Shown: positions 11,830 to 26,069 of the stretch, one piece after another
How the letters are laid out: every line of letters begins with the position of its first letter
Numbering within the stretch: position 1 is the stretch's first letter
Assembly: GCF_006345805.1 (NCBI RefSeq)
Contig: NC_042998.1
Span: 41,354,001-41,418,000 of the forward strand
Reading direction: 5' to 3'
From: Octopus sinensis
Taxonomy: Eukaryota
DNA: 64,000 bases
Notes under the pieces: generated by a model
Seen by the model: only the letters and a program-made list of their open reading frames with translations
What the model was told of the DNA's origin: nothing
The model's database searches: none
Made by a program: the position numbers and the translations under genes

Positions 11830-14800
11830 TAGGCAATACATAGAAGGTACATACTGATACATCTTCATAGATTTATACATTAAAAACCTTGCAAATAGTT
11901 TTCATTTAACACATTGCTTCAAGCTTTCGATCAATTTAGTGGTGGTCCTTTGAACATTTCTACCAGTGTAACTCAAATGATATTATATTTTCTCAAATTA
12001 TGCTACCATATTTCAAGTGAGGTCTCACTCTAGTCTTGAAAAGTATAGGAAAAGTTCTGTGGTTGACTTGTGTTGACATCCAAATTATTATTTTTTCTTT
12101 TTCTTCAGTATGTTGATAGACCTAAGAATTTTTATAATACAAATATTTTTACTTTTTTGACAGTTTCAAGGATATAGGCTTTCATTTGATGAGAATGTTT
12201 CAGTTTGCCTAAACTTATTTAAATAAATCAAGCATTGTACTATTAAAGTTTTGTTAGAAATTTCTGGTAAAGTTCTGAATCAAAATGCTATGACAGTATG
12301 AATTATATGAGTGATCTGTATCAAGTATTTCATTCTAGAGCTCTGTAGAGGTAAGAAAATTTGCCTTGTATGATGCAGCACCGTGTTGTTCCTTTACAAA
12401 CAGATTGTTGGTGACATATCACTAACAATCACATTTGTGTTGAGAGATTCCAACACTTTACAGAGCATACGTGTATATTTTCATGGATAATTATTTATTT
12501 AATGGATATGACATTAGCATAAGCATTTATGACTTAGAGAATACTATTTAATTACACATTGTAAACTATTTTTAAATTCTCTCTGCAACCTATTAATACA
12601 TACATAAATACATACAAGCTTACAAAGAAAACTATCAAGCTTTGTTGTTGTGTTTACTTTGTTATCCTTTGGCATGGTTTTTATGACTAAATACTCTTCC
12701 TACAGCCAAACCATATTACCGTATAGACTAAGTGCATTTTGTTGTGAGACCAGCACCAGACAGGTTGTCTGCTAAAACTAGAAAATTCCCCTTCTTTCTA
12801 TCAGTTTTTATTCAGATTTATTGCCTTATTAAATGGGTTGAATTTTCTGCAGCTTGCAAATGGTTTTTATAGGTGGATTCCCTACCTACCACTAAGCTCT
12901 TTACAATAGGGACACGTTGTGGTTTATCATGCTGCTGGAACTAGAGAGCTTGTCCACCAAGACTTAAAAATCCCTATATTACCCTGCATCAATTGTTATA
13001 TTCTCCTGGACATCTCCATACAATTAGGAAAGAACACTTTTCATATACTTGTGGATTACCTTTGCTAAGGCTGAGAGACCATTATCTCTCTATGATATAG
13101 GGAAGAGATTTAGTTTGCAGGTTCAAGGTGATAATTAAAAGCAACAGGGCATAAAATTTCCTCTCCATTTTGTATCAGTTTTTTTCTTTCCATCGAGATA
13201 AATTATTTTTGCTTAGACTTGCAGAGTCTCTCCTCAAGTGATTTTCTTATAATGTTCAATCAACTGTCACTGTGATTATCAAACCATGTCTCTCCATTAT
13301 GTAGGGATTTGGTTTAACTATCATGAGCTCTCTACTGTAGTCTATGACAGCCCAGAATAAAAGACTGTCTCTGCTGTGTAGACAGACAGGAGTGCTTGAA
13401 GTGTTATTCTGAGACAGCTAGGAGTGTAGTTGCCACCATGATATTGCTTAGCTCCAGATCAACTCTAACTGAAAAGTCTTATTCTAACTGGTCTTCATTA
13501 GGCTGCTATTTTTAAAAGGTTGAGCATCACTTTAAGGCTATCATTGACTTGTTTCCGTGATGTAGGTAGGAGTCATCATTTAGTTGCCAAGGAAACTTTG
13601 TTAGCCTTGTGATTGTTGGGTAAACTAGATTGTCAGTGTTGTTAAGATCAGTGGAACTGGTGGTAATGCAGATATATAGGCCACACAGTCACAAACTATA
13701 AATGTTGCAAATAATTGATAATTTTACATATACAGATATTTTCAGTTAGTTTATAATTTAACATGTGTTATAATCATTAGTAAATAAACAAAGAATAATT
13801 AAGAAATCCCACCAAGGTACTTTAACTTTCATCTTTCTGCAGTTGATAAAATGTAGTATCAGTCAAGTACTAGGGCCATTGTAATTGATTATACCTCTCT
13901 CACTAAGTTTATGATTTTGTGGCAATGTTACAAATCAATAATTTATAACATTAATATGCATGTACCTATATATATCTATGATACTCTTAAAAAAACACTT
14001 TGTTCTGTATAACCCCCCCTCTCTATGAAGGGAGGGGAATTATATGGAGCAAAGTGATGGGCAAAAAGAGAACATAGGTATATTTAGTGGTGGTGGGGGT
14101 AGTACAGAGATAGAACAAAAGAATGCTATATGTAGGGTGTGTGTAATAACATGCACAACATAAAATGAGTTATTTCACTCAAAAGTATATTGATATGGCA
14201 GCCAGAGAGAGAGAAGAAATAAGGAACATTATACTTGAATCTACCTACTTATTCCACAACAACGAACCTTATGAAGTCTACAGGTGAATGTGACCTAGAC
14301 ATTATCATCACTAATCATCTGTGTTGGCTGAACGACATTTTTATTATACTTCAAAAACACCGAAGATGCATCAGTATCACTCAGTAAGACTTTTCGCAGC
14401 CACTCACCAGTTATCCATTTGAAGCTGTATATGGTACATCTAAACTTAAAGTTTTTGTCTCCAGTTGGGAACTACCACCCCACCCCCATTGTCCAGAATA
14501 TTAGTCTACTGGAAAACCAGTAGACGAGCAACCAGATGAATACCGTGTCAGTTGCTTACCATGTCTTGAAGTGTTGCTTCTCTAGAAAGTAACATACTAA
14601 AGCATATAGAAGCCTGCAAAACTTTGACACCTTTTTTATCATCCATGGACATACTTACAAAATTTTAAAAACTAACACTGTATGCATGACTTTCAGAAAC
14701 ATTTTTTTCATGCTCAGAATTGTTGAAGCATAAAACAAAGTGCTTGTGTTGAGTTTTAGCTGTTAGGGCACTGTATCCTTCAATAATTCTATGCTTCTTG

Positions 14801-15059
14801 AAATTTGCTAACATTATTCCTGACATATGATTATTTTTATTGTTCACATTGCTGTCATTTTTTTAATACTTTTTGCTATATTGCAAGGAGTAGATAGGAG
14901 CTACACAGTATACACAGAGAGAAATATGTACACTTGAGTGCATGGATACACAGCAGGTATACCAGGATCACAATTAGGCTGACAGTGAATGAAGAGACTT
15001 TGTATGTGGGATATGTACTGGGAGAGTTAGTTGATAGAGCAGTAATAAAATAAATTTCT

Positions 15060-15600
15060 TTCAATTCTGGGAAAGTTCTATAAAAGTTATTGATAGCTTC
15101 TGTTACTCAGTTGTAGAAGTGAGGTGCTATGAAGACAGGAGTCAGAATAAAAACAGAGTGGGGAAGTCCAGGAAACTAATACTTCATTTAGCTACAATGA
15201 GATTTTCTCAGGCAAGCGGTAGCTTGTACATTGCTTATGCATGAAGTGCAATAGTAAGGCATGGACAATGAATACAGAAGTTGGAGAGAAATGAAGCAAG
15301 CCTGTTCTGCTGGATGTGTAATGCAAATAAGCTGAGTGATAAACTCACTGTTAGAGGAATTAGTTGTAATAAGCAAGAATGAAGGCTGCATTGGTACAGG
15401 CATATGTCCATAAATGATAACAGATGGATAAAAGAAACGCCAGGAAATCCAACTGGAAGAAACTGTAACAGAGGAAGACTAAAGAAGATACACATAGATC
15501 TGGTAAAAGCTGAGCTCAAGATTTTGGATCTTACAAAAGAATGCAGCAAATGGAAAGAACCCATGCAAACATGGAAATGCAGTTGTAAAATTGGTGATGA
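15060..15600 (+). mobile_element. RTE-clade LINE 3' fragment
   Basis: Broken frames give VIDSFCY, VRIKT.WGK, a LHWYRH-like RT C-terminal motif and GRNCNRGRLKKIHIDLVKAELKILDLT (ORF 15404-15628). Confidence 0.72.
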
Positions 15601-15749
15601 TAATATATATACAGGCATTTGTCCCTAGTTGATAATTTAACATATACTACAATCATTAGCAAATACACAACTATTAGTAATAATTTCTATAATCATATCT
15701 CTTACTCTGCAATTCAGCTCCTATTTATCATTTCTGTCCATGTGTTAAA

Positions 15750-16075
15750 GAAGAGTGAGATGGTTTTATGCATGTTGGTTTATGACTGAAAGAGTACGAT
15801 TGTGAAGACAAGCAGCTAAAATGGGGCTTCTGGAAAGAATCTCTGGAGTAATGTTACTTGACAGGGTGCATAGCTCAGAGATCAGGGAGTTTCTTCTGGT
15901 CAAGTCACTGTTTCTCCACATTGAGAGGTCATAACTCTGCTACTAAAGATATGTGACTAGAATGCTGTAGGAAAGGATCACACGACAAATTTTTCAGCCC
16001 AACCCAACTAGCAGGAGATCCACATGTAAAATGGTTGGATAATATCCATAGTCTTAGTTGGTCATACTAAGAATG
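15750..16075 (+). mobile_element. Second RTE-clade LINE 3' fragment (different subfamily)
   Basis: Reads MGLLERISGVMLLDRVHSSEIREFLLVKSLFLHIERS...YVTRML.ERITRQIFQPNPTSRR, typical of the RTE ORF2 C-terminus, with stops. Confidence 0.72.
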
Positions 16076-17667
16076 CAGTTCGAAAGTTTAATAATGGTTG
16101 TTTCTGACTGGACCCTGAGAAAGGAGATGCTTAAGAATTTTACTCTAATGACCCTTCTAGGAATAGTGGGTTGCAAAAGTAACTGGATTTGTGCATTAAA
16201 AATGAGTTAAGATGGTTTAACATGAATGTTTAATACTTTTCAAGTTCTAGTAACTGTAGAAACCATGTATGATATCAAGTATACAAATATGACAATTACT
16301 CATAATTTTATTTTATCAATTGAAACTAATTGAATTCCTATTTATTTGACTTATCTCAGTGATTGAAATATATGTTCTTGCTTAAATTTTTGTGAATTTT
16401 GTTAGCAGTCAATGATTTTATAATAATGAAGTGAATTCTTGATTCATGATAAATGATTTCATTTTCTTTCATAAAATTCAATCATTTTAAAATAAGTTTA
16501 GATAAGAATTATTCAATTTAATAGATAAAATTGCCTGTGAATTTATAACATGTCTTGTATGTAGACTTGGTTTTTGTTTTGATTCATTGAAAGGTATCAC
16601 ATTTGAACATTATACTGAAGGGATTTTGCGAAAAGTAAAAAAAAAAAAAAAAACTTGTACTTGATGATAATTAGCTACCAAAATTTTTCTGTCATGATAA
16701 TTGAATGCTTAGAACTACTCTAGCTAATTTGAGAAATAATGTCCCAGACTGAAGTGTTCACAGTAGAATCTATAAAAGAACTAACTTGATTTCCAAAGAG
16801 AATAATCCTGAACATTGAAAAATATTCAGATTCTTCCTATATAAAGCTGGAAAAAATGAATAATTCCTATATTCAGAAAGGTTTCGTGTGAATATAAATC
16901 AATTTGAAATGATAAACAGTTGTTATGTGCCATAATATGAACTTAGTAATATGCTCATTTAACATAAGAAACCTGTGTCCTTTTGATACATTGAAAAGAA
17001 ATTTTAGTGACAATGATTGTGTAATCTATGTGCACTGTTCCATTCAAGTAGAAAAGCTGTTTGAAATTTCTTTTTCTATTTATTTATTTTATTGATGTAA
17101 AAGTTATTCTTAAAGAAGAAAATATTTTGAGATGGTTTATGCATTTATTAAGATTTGGATCAAGAGTAAAAGACCATAATATTTTACATGTTGTTGTATT
17201 TCGGAATGGTCATTTTTGCCAGTTTAGCATTTTCTGTTGTGCAAGAGGAGGATAAAAAGATGCAAAGGGAAGATACAAATTGACAAAGTGTTAGAAAACT
17301 GATATTTAAGTTATCCTAATTTCTTACTCAATTTTAATAAAAAGCAGAAATGCTTAAGACATACCTTCTCTGTGATCCATTTCCAAGATAATTATAAAAG
17401 GAAATAGCCTACAACTGAAAAAAAAAAAAAACTTAATCTCTTTCCAAATAAGATTAAATTGTATTTCTTTTTAAAAATAAACAGATTTTTAATCATTGTA
17501 TCTGTTGTTTGAATGAAATTGAATCTTCTTTCATACTAAAACTAATTTAGTCATCTGTTTAGACTACATGTTATTATTTGATACACTTTTTTCTCTGCTC
17601 TTCACATTCTCACCCTTGCCTTATATTTCAGTAGCCTTACCATGATTTTTTTTCTTTTGTTTCTCAG

Positions 17668-17857
17668 ATTGACTAACAAGTGGCAAACTCTCCAATCTAA
17701 CCGCAACTCTATGCAACAGTTACATCATGCTCTAGATTGCTTTCTCAATTGGATGGCTGTGGTGGAGAACAGCTACTGTCAGCTTGCAGATCATACAAGC
17801 AAAGAGGAAGTGTTGGAAAATGATGATTTATGTCGAGAATATTTAGAACAGTTTAGG
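17668..17857 (+). CDS. DMD: Dystrophin internal exon (equivalent of human DMD exon 55)
   Basis: T-rich tract plus ttctcag acceptor at 17667 and AGG|gtaagt donor at 17858. 190 nt; the first base completes the AA|A Lys codon of the previous exon and the exon ends in phase 0. Translates LTNKWQTLQSNRNSMQQLHHALDCFLNWMAVVENSYCQLADHTSKEEVLENDDLCREYLEQFR. LDCFLNWM and TSKEEVLE parallel human LEKFLAWL and TRKERLLE (recalled). Confidence 0.93.
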
Positions 17858-19679
17858 GTAAGTGACATTTTGTTCATTTAATCTTTAGTTAACAAATTTC
17901 CTCATTATGTCATGATAAACTTATTAAAAATATATTTGACTCCTAAATGTTTGAAATGTATATAAAGTGTTTGAAATGTATATAAAGACAGACAATATAT
18001 TGGTTTACTAAATTGTATACAGTTTAGAATATCCTGTATTTCTTTGCATGGAATTATATCAGGAAGTAATGAAACCCTTTTTGTATAAGTTGATTTTATC
18101 AACTTTAGGAATGTGTAATTTTTTTTTTTTTTTTCTTAAAATCATGTTCCCAACATATTGAAATTTATTGGGTGATGGTATCTCTTTACCAAGTTCATAT
18201 TGAACAGTAAAGGCAACATATAAAATCAAAATTACTTGCATTTTGTGGAAATTATTTTACAATGATGTTGGAAAATTATTTTATTCAACTGGAAATCACT
18301 GCGTATAATACATCTTGTGCATTATTTATAAGTTTCAGCTGAAAATTCTAGAAAAATCAATCACATGATGTGATTTCATTATTTATTTCATGCTTGTTCT
18401 CACTGAGAAAAAAATTATATAACATTGCTGTTTATAACTTCAAAACTGTTTGCCAAAATTTTTTGTCACATATTTAGAAGTTGGAAAAATATGCCTCCTC
18501 TCTCTCCCCTCCAGCCTCATTTTCTATTTGAAAAGAGCTAAAGAAGGGAAAGTAAAGAATATGTCATATAATTAACTATACTACTTTTGATCTTTTTGTT
18601 TTTTTATTGATCCGCATCCACATGAAATGGATTTATTCACTCGTCAACTTTGGTTCAGTAACATTTTATCCCAATTCAATCATGTCCTTCTTGAATTTAT
18701 ATTTCAAATGCCATAGTTTGAGAATTAATGATTCCAGCTAACTTATGGCATATAGGCAACTAATGGACTACTTGAGTAATTCACAAATTCAACATTCAAT
18801 ATTTAATTTTACATTTTAACCATCAATAAGCTCATAAATTTTGACAAAATTCAAATGCTAACCACTAGTGAACATTACATTGCATATGTTAATAGAGAAG
18901 TTGATTTATTGATAAATATATTTGTAATTCTTAAGTATACATGCAATAAGTGATATCTCTCTGAAATAACATTTGATACCTAATTTCAGCTAAGTAGATT
19001 AGAATTATAAAGGATTGCGACCATGTTTTAAAATATAACACCGTTAAGAGGATACAAATTGTGATCCATAAATTAACACTAAAATATTAACCACTCAGCT
19101 ATTGTTATTCTTTCTCTACATTATCATAATTAAAACCTTTTATACATGATTAATTATATGGTTTCTATTAGATGTATACACAAAAGATGATGCTGAATGC
19201 ACTATCCCAATGTATGATCCAATATTTTATCTGGCATAAGTGCATCCATATAGAAACAGAAGTGAATTGTAATTGTGACAAAGTACCACAATTAGAAGTT
19301 CCCTCTCAAAAAATATGAAATGAAGTATAGCAAGTTATATTTTCTACCATTTTGACTTGTGTAACATGAACCAAAATGGATGTAGTTGAGTCACACATAA
19401 ATGAAATATTTCAAAAACAAACAAAACTAAGATGGAAGTTATACAAAGCAACAACAAAGACTTTCTGAAACTTTCACAATGTATCATTGTTATTGCAAAT
19501 ATACATTCATTTACTTGAATATTAGTACTTTCTATAGTTTGCTACACAAGACATAATATAAGCCCAATATTCAACATGAACTTTAAAATCATGGAAGTAT
19601 ATTACCTCTGTGTAATCAGCCAAATCTTTCAAAAGGGCAAAAGCAAGTTGAACATGATTATGAAATATTATGCATTAGT

Positions 19680-19840
19680 TGGTGTAGTGTCCTTGTCTTG
19701 ATTGTTGCATTCACTACATATTAAAATCCTGAGTTCAAGCATAGTTGTGATTCTGAGTTTGGTCCTACATAACCTTGTCAGTGGAATTTGGTAGACAGAA
19801 ATTGTTTAGAATCTCATCTTGTGTGTGTGTCTGTTTTCCT
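19680..19840 (+). mobile_element. Degenerate SINE family A fragment
   Basis: aaccttgtcagtggaatttggtagacagaaa matches the family core at ~47940. Confidence 0.5.
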
Positions 19841-21854
19841 GAAGTATATCTGCAAGGATATAAACATTGGTAAGAAACCAGTGCTTTGTAAAGAAACTGT
19901 CTCAATATATTCGTGCTGTATTAAACACTTTCTTGTGACTCTTACTATCAGAAATGCAGTGAACTGATGATTGGCCTATTATAAACCTATAAACCAAGGA
20001 CACTACTGTTCCTAAATTACAATATAAAACAATTAAGGAAAGCATTTGCAAGAAACCAAAATCTTGCCACCAACATTTATTCTTGCCTCCCAAAAACTTG
20101 CTTGGAAAGCAACCAAACAAGACAAACAATTATTGTCTCACCAAAAACAACTATTGCCTTACCAAAAGTACACTGTAGAATAGGCTTTATCAACATATCT
20201 GTTCATTGAAAAGCATCAATCCAAACAGAACACTTCATCTCTGCCCAGTTTATTTTAGGAAACACTGACAATCACATGGAACACTAAACAAAGCAAACTA
20301 ATCTCTATCTCGAGACATAACCATAAGTTACTCATCCTCATAATCTGAGAAATGTCACTCTGCAGAAATTTTCGTGTTGATCATTATTTTTTTTATAATT
20401 TTAAATTGATGGAGGATTTTGAGATTTCAAGTGAATCTTTATAAATTTTACAGATACAGTCTTTATTAATTGACTCTAAAATATGTTTACTCATGATGGA
20501 GGTTTATCTTGGTACTTTTGTTTTTTTAATATTTTCATATTAGAAAACATACCCATATTTGACCATTTGACAAATATACACAAACTGTATGAATAACTTA
20601 ATTATTAATAACTTATAAATTTCATTTACCAAAATAATGAACATGTGTAGCTAACTTAATTAATATCTTATTTTTATGTTAAAATTCAAAATTAATGTTG
20701 TTCATGTGGAAAATAAAATATGAAATTTCAATATCATTGATTTTGTTTGAGGTTATTATTAGTGCTTTAATGTGACAAGAAATCTATAGGAAAAGTGGCT
20801 ATTATTTGCTTAGAACAGAAAATTTTATTTGCTTTACTTGTCTGCCATTTAAAAAGTAACATTGTTTACTCATTGTTGTTATACAAATTCTATTGTTATT
20901 TTAAGATACATTTACTAGTATTATTTCATTTTAGACTTTCAAGAAATAGAAAAACTCCACTTGGTTGTTTCTGAAAGAATAATTAAAGCTATGTTTAGAG
21001 TTTTTGGGGTTTTTTTATGTAAAAGAGCATTAATGTTAGGATAGAAAAGAACATACAGCAGATTAATGGTTGTAAAAGGGGTTTAAAAAGACAAAAGAAA
21101 ACAAAAATATATGCATATTAATTTCCTCAACACAAATCAAGCAACATTTTTATTTATGAATAGACTTTACTTATTCACATAATAAAGGTTTACTAAATAT
21201 TCTTTGTTTAAGGCAAGTTTTAGAAACTCTCACATCATTTGTCTATTTACAAAATAATAGTTAAGGTAGCGTTATCATAGTTAATACAGAGAGCATTAAA
21301 GAACCGACTGGGACTAAGTATTCAAAGATCTTAAAGCTTTTTAGGTAGGATGGATTAGATATAATTTATATATTTCATACAACCTAAAACTCATAAGATT
21401 TAGTGATGCAGATGTAACAATATCCCAAAATGGTTCATCAAACAGAGCGATGCTTTCTTTGTAAAAAAACTACTGATCATTACTCATTTGGTAAATTCAG
21501 CTGTTTTTCAGTTGACATACCCAAGAGTTATTCAAGCATGTGTTCATTATGTTCTGCTACTTAACTAATCGTATTTAATTTCAAAAACCTAATAACATTC
21601 AGTAAACATAATGTTTCATTTTACTTTATAAGAATAAGTAATACTTAAAATGTATTTATATAAAATGCCAGAACTGCAGAAAATCATGTAAGCTTTTTTT
21701 TTTTTTACTTACATCATTCCTATTACATTATTGAGATTATTGCATCTTTGGTTTTAAGAGTTAAATATACTTCATTACTTTCTAGTTTCTGTATTTCACC
21801 CCCTGTTCCTCACTTTTTTTTTTCTTTCTCATTATGCTTTAAGGTTTATAAATG

Positions 21855-22170
21855 GCAATTTGGTTGAGGAATTTACTTTCCAACCACATGATTTTGGGGT
21901 TTAGTCCCACTGTATGAAACTTTGGACAAATGTCTTCTATTAAAGCCCTGAGCTGACCAAAGCTTTGTGAGTGGATTTGGTAGACAGAAACTCCTTGTCT
22001 TAACTTTTCATTACAGTTGTGAATGAGCATCACCATCATGCAAACACTGGTATTTGTTTCCAGTCTCCTATGAAAACATGACTGGTCTTATGGAAATAGT
22101 ACCTTGCTTGGCAACAGTGAGGTTTGGTGACAGGAAGAGCACCAAGCCATACAAATGTAGACTTTAAAAA
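21855..22170 (+). mobile_element. tRNA-derived SINE (family A head, family B tail)
   Basis: caaccacatg...tagtcccactg...tttggacaaatgtcttcta...gaccaaagctttgtgagtggatttggtagacagaaact matches 47835-48200. Confidence 0.7.
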
Positions 22171-24698
22171 AATTATGATGCTTCCTGATGTTTTCTGTTA
22201 CATTGTCTGATACAATTCAAAGGATTTAAAGAAATCCAAAGTAATTTTGTTTTAGCAATAGTAGAGAGAGAGTGTGTGTATGTGTGTGTGTTAGAGGGAG
22301 AAAGAGTGTTTAACAAAAAAATTACACCATAATACAACCATTTGTCTATTTTCAAATGAATAACAATGTTTTTAGATGTTCACTAAAATTCTCATTAGGA
22401 ATAATACTTCTATTTTATTTTCTTATGAAAGTTGATAAATGAATGTTAATTTGTCTAGGAGGACAAGGTTTAATTTTTTGTGGTTTTTTTCTGTCTACAA
22501 CATTTGGTTACTTCTGGGGTTTTGGTTTTTTTTTATGTATATTTTGGAAAGCTGAATGTCAAACCAGTGTTAGACTTGGTACATTGGTTTTTCCATGTAA
22601 TTATAAAACAGACGCTGTTTGTTATGTCAGAAATCACTAAACAGTATCTTATTCATTACTGAGCAGAAAATGAAATTAATCTTAATGTGATTAGTTGACA
22701 ATCTTGTTAAGTAATTACATTTCCTAAGTTTAAGTTACATAATCAAATTGATTAACTCATAGGTTTGTAAAAAGTAGGGCTTTTTTTATATTTTATTTTG
22801 GAAACATTTAAATCCATAATGAATTTCTTTTACGTTATATTTTTATTCACTTTTCTCTCTCCTGCCCTCCTTATAACATTCACACACTAGTACTTGTTTT
22901 TTTTTAAATTTTATTTTGCTTCTTAGTATTCATCAAACTTCCTAAAAAAAATATTTTAGAAATTTTCTATCATCATCATCTTTGATAGTCTTTATCATCA
23001 TCAATTCAAACATTCTCAGTACATGGAAATATCAATATGTAAAACTAAACATTGTAGTTGTAGCATAGATAATCTTTCATAAAATGGTCTCTCTCTCTAT
23101 TCCATCATAAGATCAAAGACCTAAATTACCTTGTCACAAATAATATCATCAAGTATGACACATTGCCTGATGAAGTCATCTCTGCTTATTGCTTTCCATT
23201 GGATTTGAATCATTATACTCTTGTGTATAAAATAGTCCATCCAGGGAATATCGATAGGATCTAGTGAAGGCATGAGATTTTTTTTTTATTATTTTAATGA
23301 AGCTGATATTGTGTCAGTCATATTTTAAGATTTTGTGATAATAATAATGTTGTTTTGTTTTTTTTGACATAACTTTACAATGTGTATGTTTTAAAAAAAA
23401 TACATGTATATTTTTAAATGAACAACGATAATGTTTTTAAATGTTCACCAAAATAGACAATACAGAATATTTCATTTTGCCAATCTTTTACCATTGTGAC
23501 CCATTTACACGAATCAATAATCTTCTGCATTTTTTAAAATATATTCCAGTGGGACACATAACACTTACCTTCCTTAGGGAAAAATTCTGCAATAAATGTT
23601 GTGTAATAACCCCTGTCTTTAACTTAGTGTAAAACATATTTATAAACATTTTACTTTTCTTTTTCTCTTTTTTTCTTTCTTCATATATTTCAGAAGTTAA
23701 ACATATTGTCTAGGTGACCCTTTCAAAATAATATTGTGGTCCCATAATTTGGGAAATACTACTCTATTAGCTCACTTTAAATTTCTCTATAGTTGACTTT
23801 GCCAAAAGCAGGTTCTAGGTGTTGGTATTTATGAACCAAATTAGGAAGCTTTACATAGTTATTCAACTTGATAAAAATAGCAGTCAAATTTCTTTTAAAT
23901 TGCACTTCATTTTTAGGTAAAAAACAAAACAGGACATATAAGTTTAAGTAACAAGGAAAATAGGCATTAAATGATGATAAGTTTAGGTAATTTGACATAA
24001 AACTATGCTTGAAAACATGGGGTGGTCATGGCTAAATTAGCTCTGATCATAGGTATACATGATCTTGGTTTATCTTGAACGTAAACACATCATTCTTTTG
24101 TAAGTGTATGTGTGTGTGAATATATATATATACGAAATGTTTCACTTAGAGCTTCAGAATAAAATGTTAGTTGTAAGCTAATAAAGTTCATTGCATAATT
24201 TTCTGTTCTTTTGCCATTGTTTAACTTCATATGTATAGACAAATCCAAGAGCAAAAGACAGAAAAATAAAACAAAATTCAATTGGATCTACACAGTAAAT
24301 GTATCAGATTGATGCTCAGTAAAATTTTTAGATTGAATAATTGGAGAGAAGAAGAACATGGATATAACTTGCTACTGCAGTTGTTACTTATGCTTCATTT
24401 TTCAGTGAGACATAACATCATACTATAGATGAAGCTTATTGGGCTGCACCTACTATATAATGTGACATCATGTGTTGGTGAATAATGAAATATATGTAAC
24501 AACTTGAATAAAGGAGTACCAAGTTATGCCATGGTTCTTTTCTCTTATTATTCCCAGGCTATTCATATTACATCATAACCCACTCTCAGATATGCACAGC
24601 CTGTGTGTGCCAGCAACAGTGAGTTTTTAACACACTTAACATTGGAGCTGAAACCTCTATGGTTTAATTCTCACACATCAAGTGCATCCAATCATACC

Positions 24699-24708
<10 letters not shown>

Positions 24709-24752
<44 letters not shown>
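24709..24752. repeat. (TA)n microsatellite
   Basis: About 22 TA units, directly visible. Confidence 0.97.
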
Positions 24753-24753
<1 letters not shown>

Positions 24754-25065
24754 CTCAGTAGTGAAAGCATTATACTTATAATCGGAAGGTTGTGAATTTG
24801 GTTCCAAGACTGGTCTGTGTGTTGTGTTCTTGAGCAAGGCACTTTATTTCACATTGCTCCGGTTTACTCAGCTGTAAAAATGAGGTGCAACATCACTGTT
24901 GCCAAATTGTATTGGATTTTGCCTTTCCCTTGGTCAACATTGGTGGCATGGAAACAGATATGCATGGGAAACTGCTGCTCTTCCACAAACAACGTTGCCC
25001 AAACTTGTGCCTCAAAGAACTTTCTTGTTGCAATGACCAAAGGGCATTCTTCATCCATTGTATAT
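24751..25065 (+). mobile_element. tRNA-derived SINE (family C)
   Basis: A-box-like TAGCTCAGTAGTGAAAGC, then ttgagcaaggcactttatttcacattgctcc core; flanked by TA microsatellites. Confidence 0.65.
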
Positions 25066-25069
25066 GTCC

Positions 25070-25101
<32 letters not shown>

Positions 25102-25176
25102 TATATATATACACACACACACTGAGTTCTAACACCAGGTTATTACTATTACTGTTACAAATTATATATATGTATA

Positions 25177-25906
25177 CTAGCTGACGTACCCAGTAATTCC
25201 TGGGAAAGCAGGGCTTATCCCTTGGTTCCATTCTCATAATTGTTTCACTAATCCAGTAACAATACAAAGTATATAGCCCTTAAAACAGTTTTTGTGCATT
25301 AACATAGAATACCAAACTGTCTTACTCAGGATCTTGTTTTTAGGAACTCCCAATATGTTATGAATACCCAAATTGTGAAGTCAGTTATGTAATAACATGA
25401 AATTAATTACCCAATAGTAAGAATTCAAATAAAGTAGCCCCAAAAAGGGCTTTAATACATTCCCAGAGTATATAGAGCTATATATATTTTAGTATATATA
25501 TGTATACTAAAATCATGAAGCATGTTAAGTAATAACAGGCTAATCAGACATGAGATAATAACAATTCAAGTAAATAACTCTGAAAAGGGCTTTGTGCATT
25601 CGCAGAGAATATTACCCTCAGTGGCACTAGTGTTGGTATATTCGGGAATAACTCACTAACCGAAATAAGTAGATCTATTGTTTAGAATAATACTATTTAC
25701 TTGTTTAAGCGTTGTACTGGATAAATTACGAAAATAAGTCTAACAGCTCAAATACTAAGAAATAAGCATACTCAATTTGATCTATACCAAATAATTTACA
25801 AAAATGAATTAGTTATTTCCCTTGGCTATATTAAGGATCCCTTCCAGGAGCAAATGAGTTATTTTCTTTGGATGCTTAATAAAATATATTAGTTATATGT
25901 AGTAGA
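25177..25906 (-). mobile_element. Non-autonomous Helitron-like element, copy 1
   Basis: On the minus strand: A|TCTACTAC... 5' end, subterminal hairpin CCCAG-gaatta-CTGGG, then CTAG|T 3' end. Near-full-length paralogue at 56777-58078. The 5' boundary is slightly uncertain. Confidence 0.8.
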
Positions 25907-26069
25907 TATAAGTATCCCTACACTGCGCTGCAATGGTGGAGAGGTTAAACTCCCTGCAATCCCCCAACCTCCAGAACCATTGAAGAAACTATTAATATAT
26001 TTATATACATATATATATTCATATATTTATTTATATATATATATATATATATCTGTATATTTATATATA

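Noticed and set aside
12720-13680. GC-richer stretch resembling a decayed retroelement
   Set aside because: No diagnostic motif recovered by eye in any frame; left unannotated.
17945-17987. 20-bp tandem duplication just downstream of the exon-55 donor
   Set aside because: Simple slippage duplication in AT-rich DNA with no evidence of function.
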